Shown: positions 30,910 through 32,000 of the stretch, in pieces | How the letters are laid out: every line of letters begins with the position of its first letter | Numbering within the stretch: position 1 is the first letter of the stretch | Source of the DNA: an uncultured Opitutales bacterium | Lineage (GTDB): Bacteria > Verrucomicrobiota > Verrucomicrobiia > Opitutales > Intestinicryptomonadaceae | Length of the DNA stretch: 32,000 nt | NCBI GenBank assembly: GCA_934660865.1 | Contig: CAKUIA010000002.1 | Coordinates: 120,001-152,000, forward strand | Direction of reading: 5' to 3' | Notes under the pieces: model-generated | The model's input: only the letters and a program-made list of their open reading frames with translations | The model's database searches: none | What the model was told of the DNA's origin: nothing | Made by a program: the position numbers and the translations under genes

Positions 30910-32000
30910 ATGAAACCGATTTTAAAAATTGCCACCCTTTCGCTTGCGGCGTTTTTTTTGTGCTCGTGCGACAAACCCGAAAAAACATCGGCAAACGAGC
31001 TTTATGTAAACGCGTCGCTTAGGCTAAACAGGGCGGCGTCCCAATTCGAAAAGGGGCATTTTAACGACGCATTGGCATTGTGCGAACTTTCGCATGCCGA
31101 CGCCGAAAGGATTTTAAAGGAGTTTCCCTCGTCGGAAATTGCCGTGCAGATGGTGTCGAACCCGTCCCTTACAATGGGTGCGGTAAAATATGCCGACTTC
31201 GAAAACAAAATTCTGCCAAAACTAAGACGGGCAAAAGAAAACAAAAACGGTTTTTTTTGCGAAATTTTGGGAACACCCGCGCTGGAGCATTTAAGGGCGC
31301 GCATTACACCGTCTTTTAGCGAAAGGCAGAAAGAACAGCCAGCCGCAAAAAAAAGAAAGAACATAGACATAAACGAATACGCAAAGTACCTGAAAATGCA
31401 GCGCTCGCTTATAGTCTACGAAATGGACGCCGTAAAAAACATTTTCGAAAAATCGAAAGACTTGCAGACAAACCCGGAGTTGGCCGACCTGTTTTTGGAA
31501 ACGGCGATTTCGGCGAACGAAAACATAAAGAAAATAAGCGTGGATTTCCGCCGCTACGAGGCAATGGCGTATTTGGCTAAAATATACGCAAATTTGGGCG
31601 CATTTGAGGGGGCATTGCGTCTTTGCAACGAAATAGAAAACGCAAACGCAAAGAACGACGCCACGCAATATTTGGCGAAGTGCGCCGCAAATTCGGGCGA
31701 CATAAACAGGGTAAAAAAGCTTTTGGCAAGCCTGCCAAACGGCCCGCAAAAAGACGCATTTTTGGCAAAACTTGCGCAGGAATGTGCATATACCGCCCCC
31801 GAAAAGGCATTCGAAACGGCAATGCTTTGCCAGGACAAAGCCGTGCGCGACCGCGCCTTTGCAAAAATTGCGGCAATATCCTCGTCGGAAAAGAATTTTG
31901 CGCAACTCTGCAAAAAGCTGCACATTGTAAACCCCGACAGCCTTTCAAACGACGGCGTTTTTGAGTTGGCGCAAGCATGGGGATTTGACCGTCAATCCTC
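30910..32000 (+). CDS. hypothetical lipoprotein with an all-helical (TPR/HEAT-like) repeat character, 3'-truncated by the window edge
   Basis: Not in the supplied ORF track. I translated by hand from the ATG at 30910 and found no stop through nt 32000 (363 codons): MKPILKIATLSLAAFFLCSCDKPEK...AMAYLAKIYANLGAFEGALRLCNEIENANAKNDATQYLAKCAANSGD.... It has a signal peptide with Cys18/Cys20 lipobox candidates. The three listed minus-strand ORFs here are Arg/Cys-rich antisense artefacts. Confidence 0.75.
   Translation, partial: MKPILKIATLSLAAFFLCSCDKPEKTSANELYVNASLRLNRAASQFEKGHFNDALALCELSHADAERILKEFPSSEIAVQMVSNPSLTMGAVKYADFENKILPKLRRAKENKNGFFCEILGTPALEHLRARITPSFSERQKEQPAAKKRKNIDINEYAKYLKMQRSLIVYEMDAVKNIFEKSKDLQTNPELADLFLETAISANENIKKISVDFRRYEAMAYLAKIYANLGAFEGALRLCNEIENANAKNDATQYLAKCAANSGDINRVKKLLASLPNGPQKDAFLAKLAQECAYTAPEKAFETAMLCQDKAVRDRAFAKIAAISSSEKNFAQLCKKLHIVNPDSLSNDGVFELAQAWGFDRQS

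Noticed and set aside
31291-31978. Three overlapping minus-strand ORFs (210, 123 and 133 aa).
   Set aside because: All are antisense to the uninterrupted plus-strand lipoprotein ORF starting at 30910. They are Arg/Cys/Phe-rich shadow sequences.
1-32000. Scanned for CRISPR repeats, IS/transposase or integrase genes, tRNA-flanking direct repeats (att sites), toxin-antitoxin pairs and known defence-system domains.
   Set aside because: I found no regularly spaced direct repeats and no recombinase-like ORF. No duplicated tRNA 3' ends occur near either tRNA, and no nuclease, helicase, methylase or NTPase combination suggests a defence island.

Overview
This looks like a chromosomal bacterial window, roughly 50% GC by eye, densely coded on both strands. 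Most start codons lack a Shine-Dalgarno sequence. The phylum cannot be fixed from sequence alone. The gene content (a TAT-exported Gfo/Idh/MocA lipoprotein, a GH78 enzyme, a split transketolase, SD-poor starts) is reminiscent of FCB/PVC-type glycan degraders, but that is only an impression.

I support 30 protein-coding genes, 2 tRNAs, 6 rho-independent terminator hairpins, and a few tentative promoter and operator sites. In order along the window:
- the tail of a CDP-dideoxyhexose sugar cluster (rfbH/E1, split transketolase, SDR)
- glgB, galM, a small VOC-like protein, lrgAB and tRNA-Thr(CGT)
- an orphan Rrf2 regulator and a secreted 609-aa GH-like protein
- an 8-gene translationally coupled operon: a 175-aa unknown protein, a REC-PP2C phosphatase, an RsbW-like kinase, then an Opp/Dpp-type ABC importer in D-F-A-B-C order
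- a DUF456 protein and an orphan BtuF-like binding protein
- tRNA-Val(TAC)-ilvN-ilvC-hemC
- a TAT Gfo/Idh/MocA oxidoreductase and a GH78 rhamnosidase
- a carboxyltransferase without a biotinyl domain, a polyproline/acidic bitopic membrane protein, and a DegT aminotransferase
- an edge-truncated lipoprotein gene that is absent from the supplied ORF track

I saw no CRISPR array, transposase, integrase or recognisable defence gene.

The best candidate for something undescribed is the kinase/phosphatase partner-switching-like trio. It has no STAS antagonist and no sigma factor, and it is hard-wired to the peptide-type ABC importer. Secondary leads are:
- the FPPPP/acidic membrane protein
- a 14-bp LacI/cre-type palindrome shared by two secreted glycan-enzyme genes
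- the E1 plus split-transketolase sugar module
- the tRNA-Val-ilvN junction

Everything beyond family-level calls is inference and is labelled as such.
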